A DNA stretch of 64,000 bases from a bacterium (GCA_035549195.1 DASZRK010000080.1:36376-100375); one strand, 5' to 3'; numbered from the stretch's first letter, positions 9,949 to 20,371 are shown. The notes: generated by a model from the sequence alone, not told the origin. Program-made: numbers and translations.

Positions 9949-10986
9949 ATGGACGATCTGCTATCTGATGGTGAGGTAAGCGCGTTACTTTCCGAATTGG
10001 ATGTCGGGATGACGGGGGGGGAATCCCCTTCGGTCGACACACCGGGTAGTAGCTCGACGGCACCTGAGGCGGGAATCACGGTCGATGAGCAGGGCCGTAA
10101 GATCAAGACCTATGATTTCAACCGACCCAACCGTTTTTCCAAGGATCACATGCGGACCTTGGAAATGCTCCATGAGATCTTTTCTCGGGGCTTCACGGCT
10201 TCGGTGGCGGCTTATCTTCGTACGGTTGCGGATATCAAGGTGGTCTCGGTCAGCCAGTTGCCGTTCCGGGAATACACCATGTCCCTTCCCCGTCCCGATT
10301 GCATTTTTGTGCTTAAAATGGAGCCGCTGGATGGTTCTTTCCTTTTGGAGATCGGCCCCGAGTTGGTCCTCACCCTGATCGACCGTATCTTGGGAGGTCC
10401 CGGAAAGGCCCCGATGGCGCCACGGGAACTCACCTTGATCGAACAATCGGTCATTGAGAAGATCATCAATCGCGGTATGGAAGCGCTCCAGGAAGCCTGG
10501 CTCAAGGTTGGTCACTTCCAGCCCAAGCTGACCGGGTATGAAACGACCGCCCAATTCGTTCAGATCGTGGCTCCTTCCGAGATCACTGCGGTCATCGAGT
10601 TCGAGATCAAGATCAATGATGTGACAGGCAAGATGTCGATGTGCATCCCTTATGTGGTTTTAGAGCCCATCATCGGGGATTTGTCGGCCCAAAAATGGTT
10701 CACGGTCGGGAAGAAAGAGTCCACGGCGGAGACCGTCGAGAATCTCACCAAGGTGATGAAGGAAACGACCATCCCTATTGTTGTTCGGGTGGGCGCGGCC
10801 GGAATCACCGTGCGCGAAATGCTGGGCTTGAAGTCAGGAGATGTCGTCCGGTTGGATACCAGCCCCCACCAAGAGATCTCTGTCCTGATCGAGAATTTGA
10901 TCAAGTTGAAGGGACGCCCTGGCATCTCCTCGAAAAAGAAGGCGTTGCAAGTCACGAAAGTGATGTCGCCGGATGAAAAGTCCTAG
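9949..10986 (+). CDS. fliM: flagellar motor switch protein FliM
   Basis: N-terminal CheY-P-binding motif LSDGEVSALL, plus KIKTYDFNRPNRFSKDHMRTLEMLHEIFSRGF...QLPFREY. Confidence 0.9.
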   Translation: MDDLLSDGEVSALLSELDVGMTGGESPSVDTPGSSSTAPEAGITVDEQGRKIKTYDFNRPNRFSKDHMRTLEMLHEIFSRGFTASVAAYLRTVADIKVVSVSQLPFREYTMSLPRPDCIFVLKMEPLDGSFLLEIGPELVLTLIDRILGGPGKAPMAPRELTLIEQSVIEKIINRGMEALQEAWLKVGHFQPKLTGYETTAQFVQIVAPSEITAVIEFEIKINDVTGKMSMCIPYVVLEPIIGDLSAQKWFTVGKKESTAETVENLTKVMKETTIPIVVRVGAAGITVREMLGLKSGDVVRLDTSPHQEISVLIENLIKLKGRPGISSKKKALQVTKVMSPDEKS

Positions 10987-10995
10987 GTAGGGGCC

Positions 10996-11949
10996 ATGTC
11001 TGATCTGGAAAAGTTGAATGCGGCGGCGGGGTCCATGGCAGCCGAGATGGGCCAAACCCTGACCGGATTGCTGGGAAGGGAAAGCTCCGTTTCGTTCGTT
11101 CAGTTGATGGAAACGGACCCCGGTTCCATGAGCGGTGTGTTGGACGGTCCTTTTCTCTTCTCCTTCCTGCAAGGGAGCGGAGGGCTGGATGGTCAGGCTC
11201 TTTTGGTGATCCGTGAAAAGGACGCTTCCGTCATCGCCGATCTCTTGATCGGGCAGGAGGGGACGAATGCACCGGAGCGTGTGACCGAACTCCATCTATC
11301 GGCGTTTGGAGAGGTCGTCCAACAGTTAGCGGGGGTCCTGACTAGTGGGCTCAAGCCCTTGGCCGGGCCTCAAGCCCATTTTGAAGTGCAGGAAACGGTA
11401 TCCCAGGAGGGTGACGGGGCCCAGAACGCCCTTTCTCAATTGGGAAGTTCCTTGGCTGTGCTTACCTATGGTTTGAATGTGGAGGGACTAGTTTCAGGCG
11501 ACCTGATGGTTTGCTTTCCCGGTGCGGTCGCGACCCGACTTTCAACGGGTTCAGGGAGGAAGGCGGGCCCCTCGCCCGCGCAAGTTGTTAAACCCGGTGC
11601 TTCTGTTAGAAGTGCCCAATCGATGCCAGGAGGTAAGGCTGTGGAACCTTTAGAGAACGAGTTCGCGGGATCCTCCCGCCCAGCGGGTGGCAATATCGCC
11701 CTGCTGATGGATGTTCCGCTCAAGTTGACGGTGGAACTTGGCCGTACGACCAAACTGGTCAAAGAGATCCTAGCCCTTGCGCCGGGTTCGGTCGTTGAAT
11801 TGGACAAGCTGGCCGGGGAAGCGGTTGATATCTTGGTCAACGAAAAATTGATCGCCAAGGGCGAAGTTGTGGTGATCGATGAGAACTTCGGCGTGCGTAT
11901 CACCGAGATCATCAATCCGGAAGAACGACTGACCGCAGTCCAGGGTTGA
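10996..11949 (+). CDS. fliY: flagellar motor switch protein FliY (CheC-like phosphatase domain fused to FliN/SpoA domain)
   Basis: 317 aa. LLVIREKDASVIADLLIGQEGTNAPERVTELHLSAFGEVVQQ aligns with the Bacillus FliY CheC-like region. C-terminus IALLMDVPLKLTVELGRTTKLVKEILALAPGSVVELDKLAGEAVDILVNEKLIAKGEVVVIDENFGVRITEI is a canonical FliN domain. Confidence 0.85.
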   Translation: MSDLEKLNAAAGSMAAEMGQTLTGLLGRESSVSFVQLMETDPGSMSGVLDGPFLFSFLQGSGGLDGQALLVIREKDASVIADLLIGQEGTNAPERVTELHLSAFGEVVQQLAGVLTSGLKPLAGPQAHFEVQETVSQEGDGAQNALSQLGSSLAVLTYGLNVEGLVSGDLMVCFPGAVATRLSTGSGRKAGPSPAQVVKPGASVRSAQSMPGGKAVEPLENEFAGSSRPAGGNIALLMDVPLKLTVELGRTTKLVKEILALAPGSVVELDKLAGEAVDILVNEKLIAKGEVVVIDENFGVRITEIINPEERLTAVQG

Positions 11950-11974
11950 GAAAGTCCGTTGTCCTGGACGTGAC

Positions 11975-12667
11975 ATGTCTTTGATCGCCTCATCCTACAA
12001 GAACCCCGCGAGATTCTCCCGGCTATGGGGAGGGTTCGTTGGGGTTTGTCTTTTGTTGTGTTCTTTTTCCGCGGCCCACGGGTTGGACGATCATAGTGGT
12101 TTGTTCCAGAGTCAAACAGGAACGATTTCCACGCCTGGTGCGTCCGTTACGGCTCCCATGGCACTACCTGAGGAAACCCCGAGCCCATCTCCCGGCTTAT
12201 TTTCGACCTTTATCCGGCTGATCTTGGCGCTGGGGATAACCCTTGGCCTGGTCGTGATCACCATTTGGGGACTGAAATGGGTGTGGGAAAGCAAAGGCTT
12301 GTCCCAGGTTGGCGAAGAGGGAAAACCAATCCGTGTGTTCCATACCACGTATTTGGGCCCCCGATTGTCCATTCAATTGGTGGAGATCGGTTCAAAAGTG
12401 CTTGTCCTGGGTGTGGGGCCCACGGAGATACGTTGTTTGGACGTGATCATGGATCCACGTGAGGTTGCGACACTTAAGGAAAGTCTTCCTGCCGGGTTTC
12501 CACAGGCTCTTCAAAAGATACTGAAGTCCAAAGAGGCAGAAGATAGAGGTGAGCGTGCCCAAGCGATGATCCGTGAAAGCAACCAGGCAGTTGGGGAATA
12601 CGTTCAAAAACTGAAGAATCTTAAGAAGAAAAAAATCCTGAACACTCCACCGAACAAGGATACTTAA
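11975..12667 (+). CDS. fliO: flagellar biosynthesis protein FliO (FliZ of Bacillus)
   Basis: Small membrane protein immediately upstream of fliP. Has TM helix LILALGITLGLVVITIWGL followed by FliO-like KPIRVFHTTYLGPRLSIQLVEIGSKVLVLGV. Length 230 aa is on the long side. Confidence 0.6.
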   Translation: MSLIASSYKNPARFSRLWGGFVGVCLLLCSFSAAHGLDDHSGLFQSQTGTISTPGASVTAPMALPEETPSPSPGLFSTFIRLILALGITLGLVVITIWGLKWVWESKGLSQVGEEGKPIRVFHTTYLGPRLSIQLVEIGSKVLVLGVGPTEIRCLDVIMDPREVATLKESLPAGFPQALQKILKSKEAEDRGERAQAMIRESNQAVGEYVQKLKNLKKKKILNTPPNKDT

Positions 12668-13413
12668 TGCGGTTACGTTCCTCGCCATTTTTGTTGTTAG
12701 GCTTGGTCCTTTTCACGATCCCGGTCCATGCTGCGGATATTCCTTTGCCCGCCATCCGGATCGGGGTCGACCAGGCCAAGAGCCCCCAGGAAGTGGCGAT
12801 GAGCCTTCAGATACTTCTGGTTTTGACGGTACTTTCCCTTGCTCCTGCCATCTTGATCCTGACAACTTCTTTTACTCGGATCGTTATCGTCTTGGCTTTT
12901 TTGCGTCAGGGGCTGGGAACCCAACAAGTACCTCCGAATCAAGTCTTGATCGGACTGGCACTTTTCTTGACCTTCTTCACCATGCAGCCCACGTTCCAAA
13001 AGATCGACAAGGACGCTTTGACCCCCTATCTGAACGGGAAATTGGGAACCGCTGAAGCCTTTAAAAAAGCCGAGGATCCCATGCGACAATTCATGTTCAA
13101 ACAGGTCCGCGAGAAGGACCTGGCCCTTTTTGTCGCACTTTCCAAGTCCAGCCGTCCTAGGACGCCGGCGGATATTTCCACTTGGGTTCTGATCCCGGCT
13201 TTTGTGATCGGTGAATTGAAAAAGGCGTTCGAAATGGGATTTATCATCTTTATCCCGTTCCTTATCATCGATATGGTGGTGGCTTCGGTCCTCATGTCGA
13301 TGGGTATGTTGATGCTCCCGCCTGTTCTGATCTCCCTTCCTTTCAAGATCCTTCTTTTCATTATGGTCGATGGATGGAACCTGATCGTCCGATCCATCGC
13401 CTTGAGCTTTTAG
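12667..13413 (+). CDS. fliP: flagellar type III export apparatus protein FliP
   Basis: Signal peptide then LQILLVLTVLSLAPAILILTTSFTRIVIVLAFLRQGLGTQQVPPNQVLIGLALFLTFFTMQP. Highly conserved FliP core. Confidence 0.93.
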   Translation: MRLRSSPFLLLGLVLFTIPVHAADIPLPAIRIGVDQAKSPQEVAMSLQILLVLTVLSLAPAILILTTSFTRIVIVLAFLRQGLGTQQVPPNQVLIGLALFLTFFTMQPTFQKIDKDALTPYLNGKLGTAEAFKKAEDPMRQFMFKQVREKDLALFVALSKSSRPRTPADISTWVLIPAFVIGELKKAFEMGFIIFIPFLIIDMVVASVLMSMGMLMLPPVLISLPFKILLFIMVDGWNLIVRSIALSF

Positions 13414-13422
13414 GAGCCATCC

Positions 13423-13692
13423 GTGACCGTTGAATTCATCGCTGATCTTGCCAGTCGGGCTCTTTGGGTGACCCTTCTGGTATCCGCTCCCATCCTGGGC
13501 TTGGGCTTGGTGGTCGGTGTAGCTGTTTCCATTTTTCAAGCCGTGACCCAGATACAAGAAATGACCCTCACCTTCATCCCGAAAATTATCGCGATTTTCA
13601 TCGCGATCCTGGTCTTTGGGAAGTGGATGATGATCGTTCTTTTGAACTTCACATCCAACCTTTGGGTGAATTTACCCCAATATGTGAAGTGA
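13423..13692 (+). CDS. fliQ: flagellar export apparatus protein FliQ
   Basis: 89 aa, two TM helices. LWVTLLVSAPILGLGLVVGVAVSIFQAVTQIQEMTLTFIPKI matches FliQ. Confidence 0.9.
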   Translation: MTVEFIADLASRALWVTLLVSAPILGLGLVVGVAVSIFQAVTQIQEMTLTFIPKIIAIFIAILVFGKWMMIVLLNFTSNLWVNLPQYVK

Positions 13693-13699
13693 GGACCCC

Positions 13700-14485
13700 A
13701 TGCCTGAGAATCCATTCCATTTCAGTCCTGGGGAAGTGGTGGGTTTCGTCCTAGTCCTGATGCGAGTGGCAGGGATTTTCCTGACAGCGCCGGTCTTTTC
13801 CAGCCGTCAGATCCCCGTTCTTTTGAAGGCTTCTTGGGTTCTTTTGACGGCTTTTCTCATTTTCCCCATTGTCCCGCTTCCAACGGGGGACTTGCCTGCT
13901 CCCGGCCTGGCCTTCGGACTGGCAGTGGTCCGCGAACTTCTACTTGGTTTTTCCATTGGTCTGGCCGCCACCCTGGTCTTCACGGGCATCCAATTGGCTG
14001 GCCAGATCATCGATATCCAAATGGGACTAGGAATGGCGAACATCATCGATCCCGTCACCGCGACCCAAATATCGGTCATGGGACAGTTTTATTTCATGGT
14101 GGCGACCTTGGTCTACTTGTCCGCGGATGGACACCACCTTTTGCTACGGGGGATCATGGATAGTTTCGGGGTCGTTCCTTTGGGAGGAGCCCATTTCACT
14201 CCTGCTTTGGGATCCAAAATGATGGAGATATTCACCCAGGTTTTCTTCATCGCTTTTCGCGTTGGAGCCCCGGTTATCGGAGCCCTTTTCATAACGAACA
14301 TGACGCTAGGCATCATCGCGAGGACCGTTCCGCAAATGAATGTTTTTATCGTTGGTATGCCACTGGGGATGGCGGTCGGTCTCATCATCACGGCCTTTTC
14401 GATGGGATTCTTCTCTTTCATGCTTCAAGGTCTTTTTAAAGGGATGCACAGGGATTTCGCCATCCTTTTAAGGGCCCTTCACTAA
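13700..14485 (+). CDS. fliR: flagellar export apparatus protein FliR
   Basis: 261 aa polytopic membrane protein in the fliPQR-flhB position. FliR-like motifs FTGIQLAGQIIDIQMG and GMPLGMAVGLI. Confidence 0.85.
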   Translation: MPENPFHFSPGEVVGFVLVLMRVAGIFLTAPVFSSRQIPVLLKASWVLLTAFLIFPIVPLPTGDLPAPGLAFGLAVVRELLLGFSIGLAATLVFTGIQLAGQIIDIQMGLGMANIIDPVTATQISVMGQFYFMVATLVYLSADGHHLLLRGIMDSFGVVPLGGAHFTPALGSKMMEIFTQVFFIAFRVGAPVIGALFITNMTLGIIARTVPQMNVFIVGMPLGMAVGLIITAFSMGFFSFMLQGLFKGMHRDFAILLRALH

Positions 14486-14503
14486 CGCGGCGAGGTTCCT
14501 CGC

Positions 14504-15577
14504 ATGGCAGATCCATCCAAAACCGAAAAAGCGACCCCGCGGCGGCTCCAGGAAGCGAGGGAAAAGGGACAGGTCGCCAGGTCCGTTGAGGTCAATTCGG
14601 CCTTAGTTCTCTTGGGAGCCTTGTTTGCTTTTCGGTTCGCGGGACCTTATATGATCGAATCCATGGGCAGGTTATCGTCTTTTTGCTATCGCAATTTGGA
14701 CGTGTCTTTTGACATGGAAAATGTTTACGCCATGGTTCTCTTTTATATGACGGAGGTTTTTAAGATCATCGCCCCTGTCCTGGGTGTCGTCCTAGTGGTA
14801 GGTCTGCTTTCCAATTACCTTCAAGTTGGGGTCCTTTTTACAATGAAACCCCTGGTCCCCAAGTTCACCAATATCAATCCAGTGACCGGGTTCCAAAAGC
14901 TTTTTTCTCGGCGTTCCCTGGTGGAGTTCATTAAGTCGCTGATGAAGCTTTTTTTGGTCGGGATCATCGCTTTTTTTGGAATGAAAGAAGCCCTTGCCCA
15001 ATTGGTACCGACCATGGATATGCAGGGGAGCGAGTCGCTAAAATTCGTCGGAAAGTTGACCTTGGGGATCCTGGACTGGATCATTTTCGCTTTCGTGATC
15101 CTGGCCCTGATGGATTATTTTTATCAACGATGGGAATACCAGGACGGCCTCAAGATGACAAAACAAGAGATCAAGGACGAGTTCAAACAATCTGAGGGCG
15201 ATCCTATGATCAAAGCCCGAATCCGACAGATCCAGAGGGAAATGGCCCGGCGCAGGATGTTCGAATCCATTCCAAAAGCGGATGTGGTCATTACAAATCC
15301 GACCCACGTGGCGGTGGCGCTCCAGTACAAGGATGGAATGCAGGCCCCGATGGTTCTCGCGAAAGGAGAAAGGGTGATCGCGGAGCGGATCAAGGAAATG
15401 GCCCGGAAGCATGGTGTTCCCATCGTGGAAAATCCTCCCTTGGCCCGGGCGATCCTGAAGCAATGTCCTGTTGGAGCCCCGATCTCTTCGGACCTTTTTG
15501 GGGCCGTCGCCGAAGTGTTGGCTTTCGTTTACCGTTTGAACCAGAAAAGACGGGAGGGTATGCCCGCCCCAGGTTAA
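14504..15577 (+). CDS. flhB: flagellar export apparatus switch protein FlhB
   Basis: 357 aa. N-terminal MADPSKTEKATPRRLQEAREKGQVARS, 4 TM helices, autocleavage site VVITNPTHVAVALQY. Confidence 0.93.
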   Translation: MADPSKTEKATPRRLQEAREKGQVARSVEVNSALVLLGALFAFRFAGPYMIESMGRLSSFCYRNLDVSFDMENVYAMVLFYMTEVFKIIAPVLGVVLVVGLLSNYLQVGVLFTMKPLVPKFTNINPVTGFQKLFSRRSLVEFIKSLMKLFLVGIIAFFGMKEALAQLVPTMDMQGSESLKFVGKLTLGILDWIIFAFVILALMDYFYQRWEYQDGLKMTKQEIKDEFKQSEGDPMIKARIRQIQREMARRRMFESIPKADVVITNPTHVAVALQYKDGMQAPMVLAKGERVIAERIKEMARKHGVPIVENPPLARAILKQCPVGAPISSDLFGAVAEVLAFVYRLNQKRREGMPAPG

Positions 15578-15659
15578 AAGAAAGGGCGGGTCCCCCAAAA
15601 GGAAGCATGAAGAATAGAGGGAATCCGGTTACAATACGAATTCGCTTTTTTGGCCACCC

Positions 15660-17768
15660 TTGAACATGGACGGTCGTATGCCTGAAGTTAGTAGCGTCAA
15701 TCCCACTCAAAACAATAACCAAGATCTTTTTGTGGCGCTGGGCGTCATCTTGGTCGTTTTGATGTTGATCATTCCACTTCCCTCGATCTTTTTGGACATC
15801 CTGATCTCATTCAATATCACCATGGCTCTCGTGGTGGCTTTGATCACGATGTATACCTTGGAGCCCCTCCACTTTTCTATTTTTCCCACCCTTTTGCTCA
15901 TTACGACCATCTTCCGTGTGGCCCTTAATATTTCGGCTACTCGATTGATCCTTTTACATGGGCAGGATGGCGCGGATGCGGCCGGACGTGTGATCGAATC
16001 CGTCGGTAAATTCGTGGTGGGGGGGGATTACTGGGTCGGGTTCGTCGTCTTCTTGATCCTCATCATCGTCCAGTTCGTTGTCATCACGAGTGGCGCTCAA
16101 CGGGTCGCCGAAGTGGCCGCCCGGTTCACCTTGGATGCGATGCCGGGAAAGCAAATGGCGATCGATGCGGACTTAAATTCGGGCCTGATCACGGACGATC
16201 AGGCCCGTAAACGCCGCAAAGAGGTCGAGCGGGAAGCGGACTTCTACGGGGCTATGGATGGTGCCAGTAAATTCGTCCGAGGGGACGCTATTGCCGCCAT
16301 TGTGATCGTGATCGTCAACATTTTGGGCGGATTTGCCGTTGGATTCTTTAAATACGGCATGCCAATGGGGGCGGTCCTTCAACGCTACACGCTCCTGACC
16401 ATCGGTGATGGTTTGGCCACCCAGATTCCGGCCCTTCTGCTTTCTTTCGCGACCGGTGTGGTGGTCACACGTGCGGCTTCGGAAAGCAATCTCGGCACGG
16501 ATCTCATCAAACAGATCATTTCCGTTCCGAGGGCGCTTTGGTTGACGGCGGCGGTCATGTTCATTGCGGGTCTCGTCCCTGGATTGCCAAACTTCGCATT
16601 TTTGTTCATTTCGATCGTTACGGCGACATTGGCTTATTTTGTCGAGAGATCCCTGCGCTTGGAAGCGGAAGAGGTCGCTGAGAGTGAAAAGGCTCAGGTG
16701 GGACCGGAAAAGCGGAAAGAACCCGAGAATGTAACGAGTCTCCTTCAAGTGGACCATCTAGAGGTGGAGATAGGTTATAGCCTGATCCCGTTGGTGGATG
16801 AAGCTCAAGGCGGGGATCTACTGGAGAGGATCACGGGGATCAGGCGTCAAATGGCGACCGATCTTGGACTTGTGGTGCCTCCGATCCGAATCCGGGACAA
16901 CATGCAATTACAACCCGCCGAATATGTCATCAAGATCAAGGGTGTCGAAGTTTCGCGTTGGAAGATCATGCCCGGGCATTTATTGGCCATGTCCACCAAT
17001 CCCAACATGCCGAAGATCGAAGGGATCGAGACGAGGGAGCCGACATTCAATTTGGTCTCCTATTGGATCACGGATGAGGAGAAGGGAACGGCCGAACAGG
17101 CCGGATATTCGGTGGTGGATGCTTCGACGGTCGTGGCGACCCACTTGACCGAAATCATCCGCAATCATGCCCATGAGTTCCTGACCCGACAGGCCGTTGC
17201 GAAACTCGTGGATACGGTCAAGAAGGATTCGCCGACGGTCGTCGATGAGTTGGTGCCGGCCCAGTTCAGCGTAGGTGATCTTCAAAAAGTCCTTCAAAAT
17301 CTGTTGCGGGAACATATTCCGATCCGGGATATGGAAACGATCTTGGAATCATTGGCAGATCATGTTCGTGAAACGAAGGACGTCCAGATCCTGACCGAAT
17401 ATGCCCGAAAAGGATTGGCCCGTTCTATCACGAAACTTTACCAATCTACCGATGGGAAGGTTTATGGGCTAACGGTGGATCCCCGGTTGGAAAAAAAGAT
17501 CATGGATTCGGTCCAATCCGCAGAAACCGGGAATCTTTCGGCCTTAGACCCGAAGATACTTCAAAATTTATTCCGTAGCCTTTCCCAAGGTATTGAGAAA
17601 ATGGCTGGAGCTGGGCGTCAACCCATTGTCCTTTGCTCGCCGGCGGTACGGCCCTACTTCAAAAAAATAATCGAACGTTTTATACCGCATCTGACCGTGA
17701 TTTCTTTCAGCGAATTACTTCCCCGGACCGAAATTCAATCCTTGGGGTCCATCGAGGCCCCTGAATGA
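15660..17768 (+). CDS. flhA: flagellar export gate protein FlhA
   Basis: ~700 aa. FHC motif region (FPTLLLITTIFRVALNISATRLIL), 8 TM helices, large cytoplasmic C-domain. TTG at 15660; alternative ATG 15666/15678. Confidence 0.95.
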   Translation: MNMDGRMPEVSSVNPTQNNNQDLFVALGVILVVLMLIIPLPSIFLDILISFNITMALVVALITMYTLEPLHFSIFPTLLLITTIFRVALNISATRLILLHGQDGADAAGRVIESVGKFVVGGDYWVGFVVFLILIIVQFVVITSGAQRVAEVAARFTLDAMPGKQMAIDADLNSGLITDDQARKRRKEVEREADFYGAMDGASKFVRGDAIAAIVIVIVNILGGFAVGFFKYGMPMGAVLQRYTLLTIGDGLATQIPALLLSFATGVVVTRAASESNLGTDLIKQIISVPRALWLTAAVMFIAGLVPGLPNFAFLFISIVTATLAYFVERSLRLEAEEVAESEKAQVGPEKRKEPENVTSLLQVDHLEVEIGYSLIPLVDEAQGGDLLERITGIRRQMATDLGLVVPPIRIRDNMQLQPAEYVIKIKGVEVSRWKIMPGHLLAMSTNPNMPKIEGIETREPTFNLVSYWITDEEKGTAEQAGYSVVDASTVVATHLTEIIRNHAHEFLTRQAVAKLVDTVKKDSPTVVDELVPAQFSVGDLQKVLQNLLREHIPIRDMETILESLADHVRETKDVQILTEYARKGLARSITKLYQSTDGKVYGLTVDPRLEKKIMDSVQSAETGNLSALDPKILQNLFRSLSQGIEKMAGAGRQPIVLCSPAVRPYFKKIIERFIPHLTVISFSELLPRTEIQSLGSIEAPE

Positions 17769-18964
17769 GAATCCGTCGATATGAGGCGCCGACGATCCAA
17801 GAGGCCTTGATGAAGGTAAAGAAAGATTTGGGGCCTGAAGCGGTCATTCTTTACACCAAGACCTTCCGGAAGGGAGGGGTCATGGGACTGTTTGGCCGGC
17901 CCATGGCGGAGATCACCGCAGGGGTCGATCTGAATCTTCTGGATGATGTGGCTAAAAGAAAGGCGTCCTTATCCCCGGTGGTGGCTGAAAGGGCCGAAGC
18001 GTCCATCCCCAAAGCCATGGTCAAATCACCTGCGATCCCACAGAGCGCTCCGACGGGGACATTGGACCCGAACCGGATCAAGGTCAAGGCGCTCCAACGT
18101 GAATTGAATGAAATGAAAACATCGAGTGTGGCATCGGCCCTCCGCGATATGAACCAACTGGATCCGTCCGCTCTTTTATCCCCGGGGTTCGCCCGTTTGA
18201 GGAAAAAATTGAGCAAACAAGAGGTGGAGGAGTTCTTAATTCAAAAAATGATCAAAGGTATGATGACCGAGAACGTGGATCCGGACCGCTCGGACGAGGT
18301 CTATCGATGGATTCATCAATTCGTGGGCAATGCCCTGAAGATCGCCGGTCCTGGGCCCGCGTCCCAGTACCAAAAGGTTTTGGCTTTTGTTGGCCCGACG
18401 GGTGTCGGTAAGACGACGACTTTGGCTAAATTGGCCGCCCGTTTTAACCTGATGGAACGTAAAAAGGTGGCGATGATCACGGCGGACACTTACCGAATTG
18501 CCGCCACCGAGCAATTGAAGACCTACGGACGAATCATGGGTATACCCGTGGAAGTCGCCGAGTCGGCCGAGGATGTTCCAACGATACTTGCCAAGTACCG
18601 TTCGATGGACCTGGTCCTTATCGATACGGCCGGTCGGAGTCCATCGAGCGATGATCAATTGGAAGAATTGAAGTATTTCATCTCCAAAAGCCAAGCGGAC
18701 GAGATCCATTTGGTCCTTTCCGCCACCACGAAATACCTCGATATGATCCGGATCATTGAGCGGTTCGGGTCCGCTGTTCCATTGAATCGGATGATCTTCA
18801 CAAAACTGGACGAGACCCGTTTTTACGGAGCTTTTTTGAATTTAATGAATAATTTCCAGATACCGCTTTCGTTTTATTCCACGGGTCAGAACGTACCGGA
18901 CGACCTGGAAGTGCCTGAGGTCCACTCCTTGGCGGAGAGAATCTCGAAGATGCTCTTAAGCTAG
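17765..18964 (+). CDS. flhF: flagellar biosynthesis SRP-type GTPase FlhF
   Basis: G-motifs VGPTGVGKTTTLAKLA, DTAGRS, TKLDE. Overlaps flhA stop by 4 nt. Confidence 0.85.
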   Translation: MRIRRYEAPTIQEALMKVKKDLGPEAVILYTKTFRKGGVMGLFGRPMAEITAGVDLNLLDDVAKRKASLSPVVAERAEASIPKAMVKSPAIPQSAPTGTLDPNRIKVKALQRELNEMKTSSVASALRDMNQLDPSALLSPGFARLRKKLSKQEVEEFLIQKMIKGMMTENVDPDRSDEVYRWIHQFVGNALKIAGPGPASQYQKVLAFVGPTGVGKTTTLAKLAARFNLMERKKVAMITADTYRIAATEQLKTYGRIMGIPVEVAESAEDVPTILAKYRSMDLVLIDTAGRSPSSDDQLEELKYFISKSQADEIHLVLSATTKYLDMIRIIERFGSAVPLNRMIFTKLDETRFYGAFLNLMNNFQIPLSFYSTGQNVPDDLEVPEVHSLAERISKMLLS

Positions 18965-18972
18965 GGGGAGTC

Positions 18973-19872
18973 GTGCAAGATCAGGCTGAACGCCTTCGAC
19001 AAATGATGGAGAAGGCTGATAATAATGCCCCGAAAGAGGTCCAACTTACGCCTGGCCGCTCGAAGATCATCGCGGTCACGAGCGGAAAGGGCGGGGTTGG
19101 AAAAACGAATGTTTCTGTGAATTTAGCCTTGGCTATGGGGGCCAAAGGGCAAAGAGTCCTGCTTTTTGACGCGGATATGGGACTTGCGAATGTTGACGTG
19201 ATGCTGGGGTTGATGCCGACTTACAATCTTTTGCATGTTCTGAACGGACAAAAGGAACTGCACGAGATCCTGACCGACGGTCCGGAAGGCATCAAGATCA
19301 TAGCGGCCGGTTCCGGAGGAGTCCAGGAATTGGCCGACCTTTCCGAAACCCAGCGCGCCAGGTTCCTGGATGCCCTGGTCCGGATGCGCAACGACGTCGA
19401 TGTCATCCTGATCGACACGGGAGCTGGCCTTCAAAGAAATGTCCTGGCTTTCGCGTTATCGGCGGATGAGGTGGTTGTTGTGACCACGCCGGAACCGACG
19501 GCTTTGATGGACGCCTATGGCATGATCAAGATACTGAACCGCGAAAGAAAAAACCCTTTAGTGAGGGTCGTGGTCAACATGGCCGGTTCCCAAAATGAAG
19601 CGGATGAAGCGGGAAAAAAACTGGTGGTCCTTTCGAAACGATTCCTCAATTTGGACGTTGATTACCGGGGTTTTATACCCCGGGACATGGGTATGGTCCG
19701 AGCGGTCAAAGAACAAAGGCCTATTCTTTTGTCGTCTCCGATGAACCCGGCTGCATTACAATTATCGCGACTGGCCGATGGTCTTTTGACGAGTGGCCCT
19801 GTGGAAGGGGATGGATCACTCCTGAATTTTTTTAAAAAGGTCACCCGGATCTTCGGGGCAAAAGAGGCGTGA
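18973..19872 (+). CDS. flhG: flagellar number/placement regulator FlhG (MinD/ParA-type ATPase; FleN/YlxH)
   Basis: Deviant Walker A IAVTSGKGGVGKTNVSVNLA, MinD-like fold. Follows flhF. Confidence 0.85.
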   Translation: MQDQAERLRQMMEKADNNAPKEVQLTPGRSKIIAVTSGKGGVGKTNVSVNLALAMGAKGQRVLLFDADMGLANVDVMLGLMPTYNLLHVLNGQKELHEILTDGPEGIKIIAAGSGGVQELADLSETQRARFLDALVRMRNDVDVILIDTGAGLQRNVLAFALSADEVVVVTTPEPTALMDAYGMIKILNRERKNPLVRVVVNMAGSQNEADEAGKKLVVLSKRFLNLDVDYRGFIPRDMGMVRAVKEQRPILLSSPMNPAALQLSRLADGLLTSGPVEGDGSLLNFFKKVTRIFGAKEA

Positions 19873-19948
19873 GCTGAGCATTAAAGGTGCTTAGGTTAAC
19901 TGGAACCAATTTCAAACTCGTGTGATGTGACGGATTTCGGGAGGAATT

Positions 19949-20362
19949 ATGGCGCGACAAGAAAAAGATCGGATCTATTACGAGATCACAAGGGAAAAAC
20001 CATTCGGCCAATTCCAGATGTTGTTGGTGGGTGGATCCGCCGGTTCCGTCACGGGTTTTTTGATCGCTTCACTGATTGGTGCTTATGAAGGGATCGAGAT
20101 GGATTCGTTGGTGCTCGCTTTTTTAGTGGCCTCTCTTCTGGGTTTCTTTTTCGGGGCGGGCTTGGTGTGGCTTTTCCTTCATTACTTCAGCTCATTCGTT
20201 AATGAACTCTCCGCATCCTCGGTGGAACCGGTCGGGCAGGAAATGACCGAAGAAACTGCGACCGAGGAACCTCTGGCGGAGGGTCCTGTGGTGGCGACCG
20301 AAGATGAAAAAGGTCAATCGGTCGATTTTACTTTCCCCGAATTCACACCCGACAAACAGTAG
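19949..20362 (+). CDS. hypothetical small membrane protein (2 predicted TM helices, acidic C-terminal tail) between flhG and fliA
   Basis: 137 aa ORF with hydrophobic segments LLVGGSAGSVTGFLIASLIGAY and LVLAFLVASLLGFFFGAGLVWLFL. C-terminal half E/T/A-rich. No family recognised. Confidence 0.5.
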   Translation: MARQEKDRIYYEITREKPFGQFQMLLVGGSAGSVTGFLIASLIGAYEGIEMDSLVLAFLVASLLGFFFGAGLVWLFLHYFSSFVNELSASSVEPVGQEMTEETATEEPLAEGPVVATEDEKGQSVDFTFPEFTPDKQ

Positions 20363-20371
20363 CAGGAGTCC

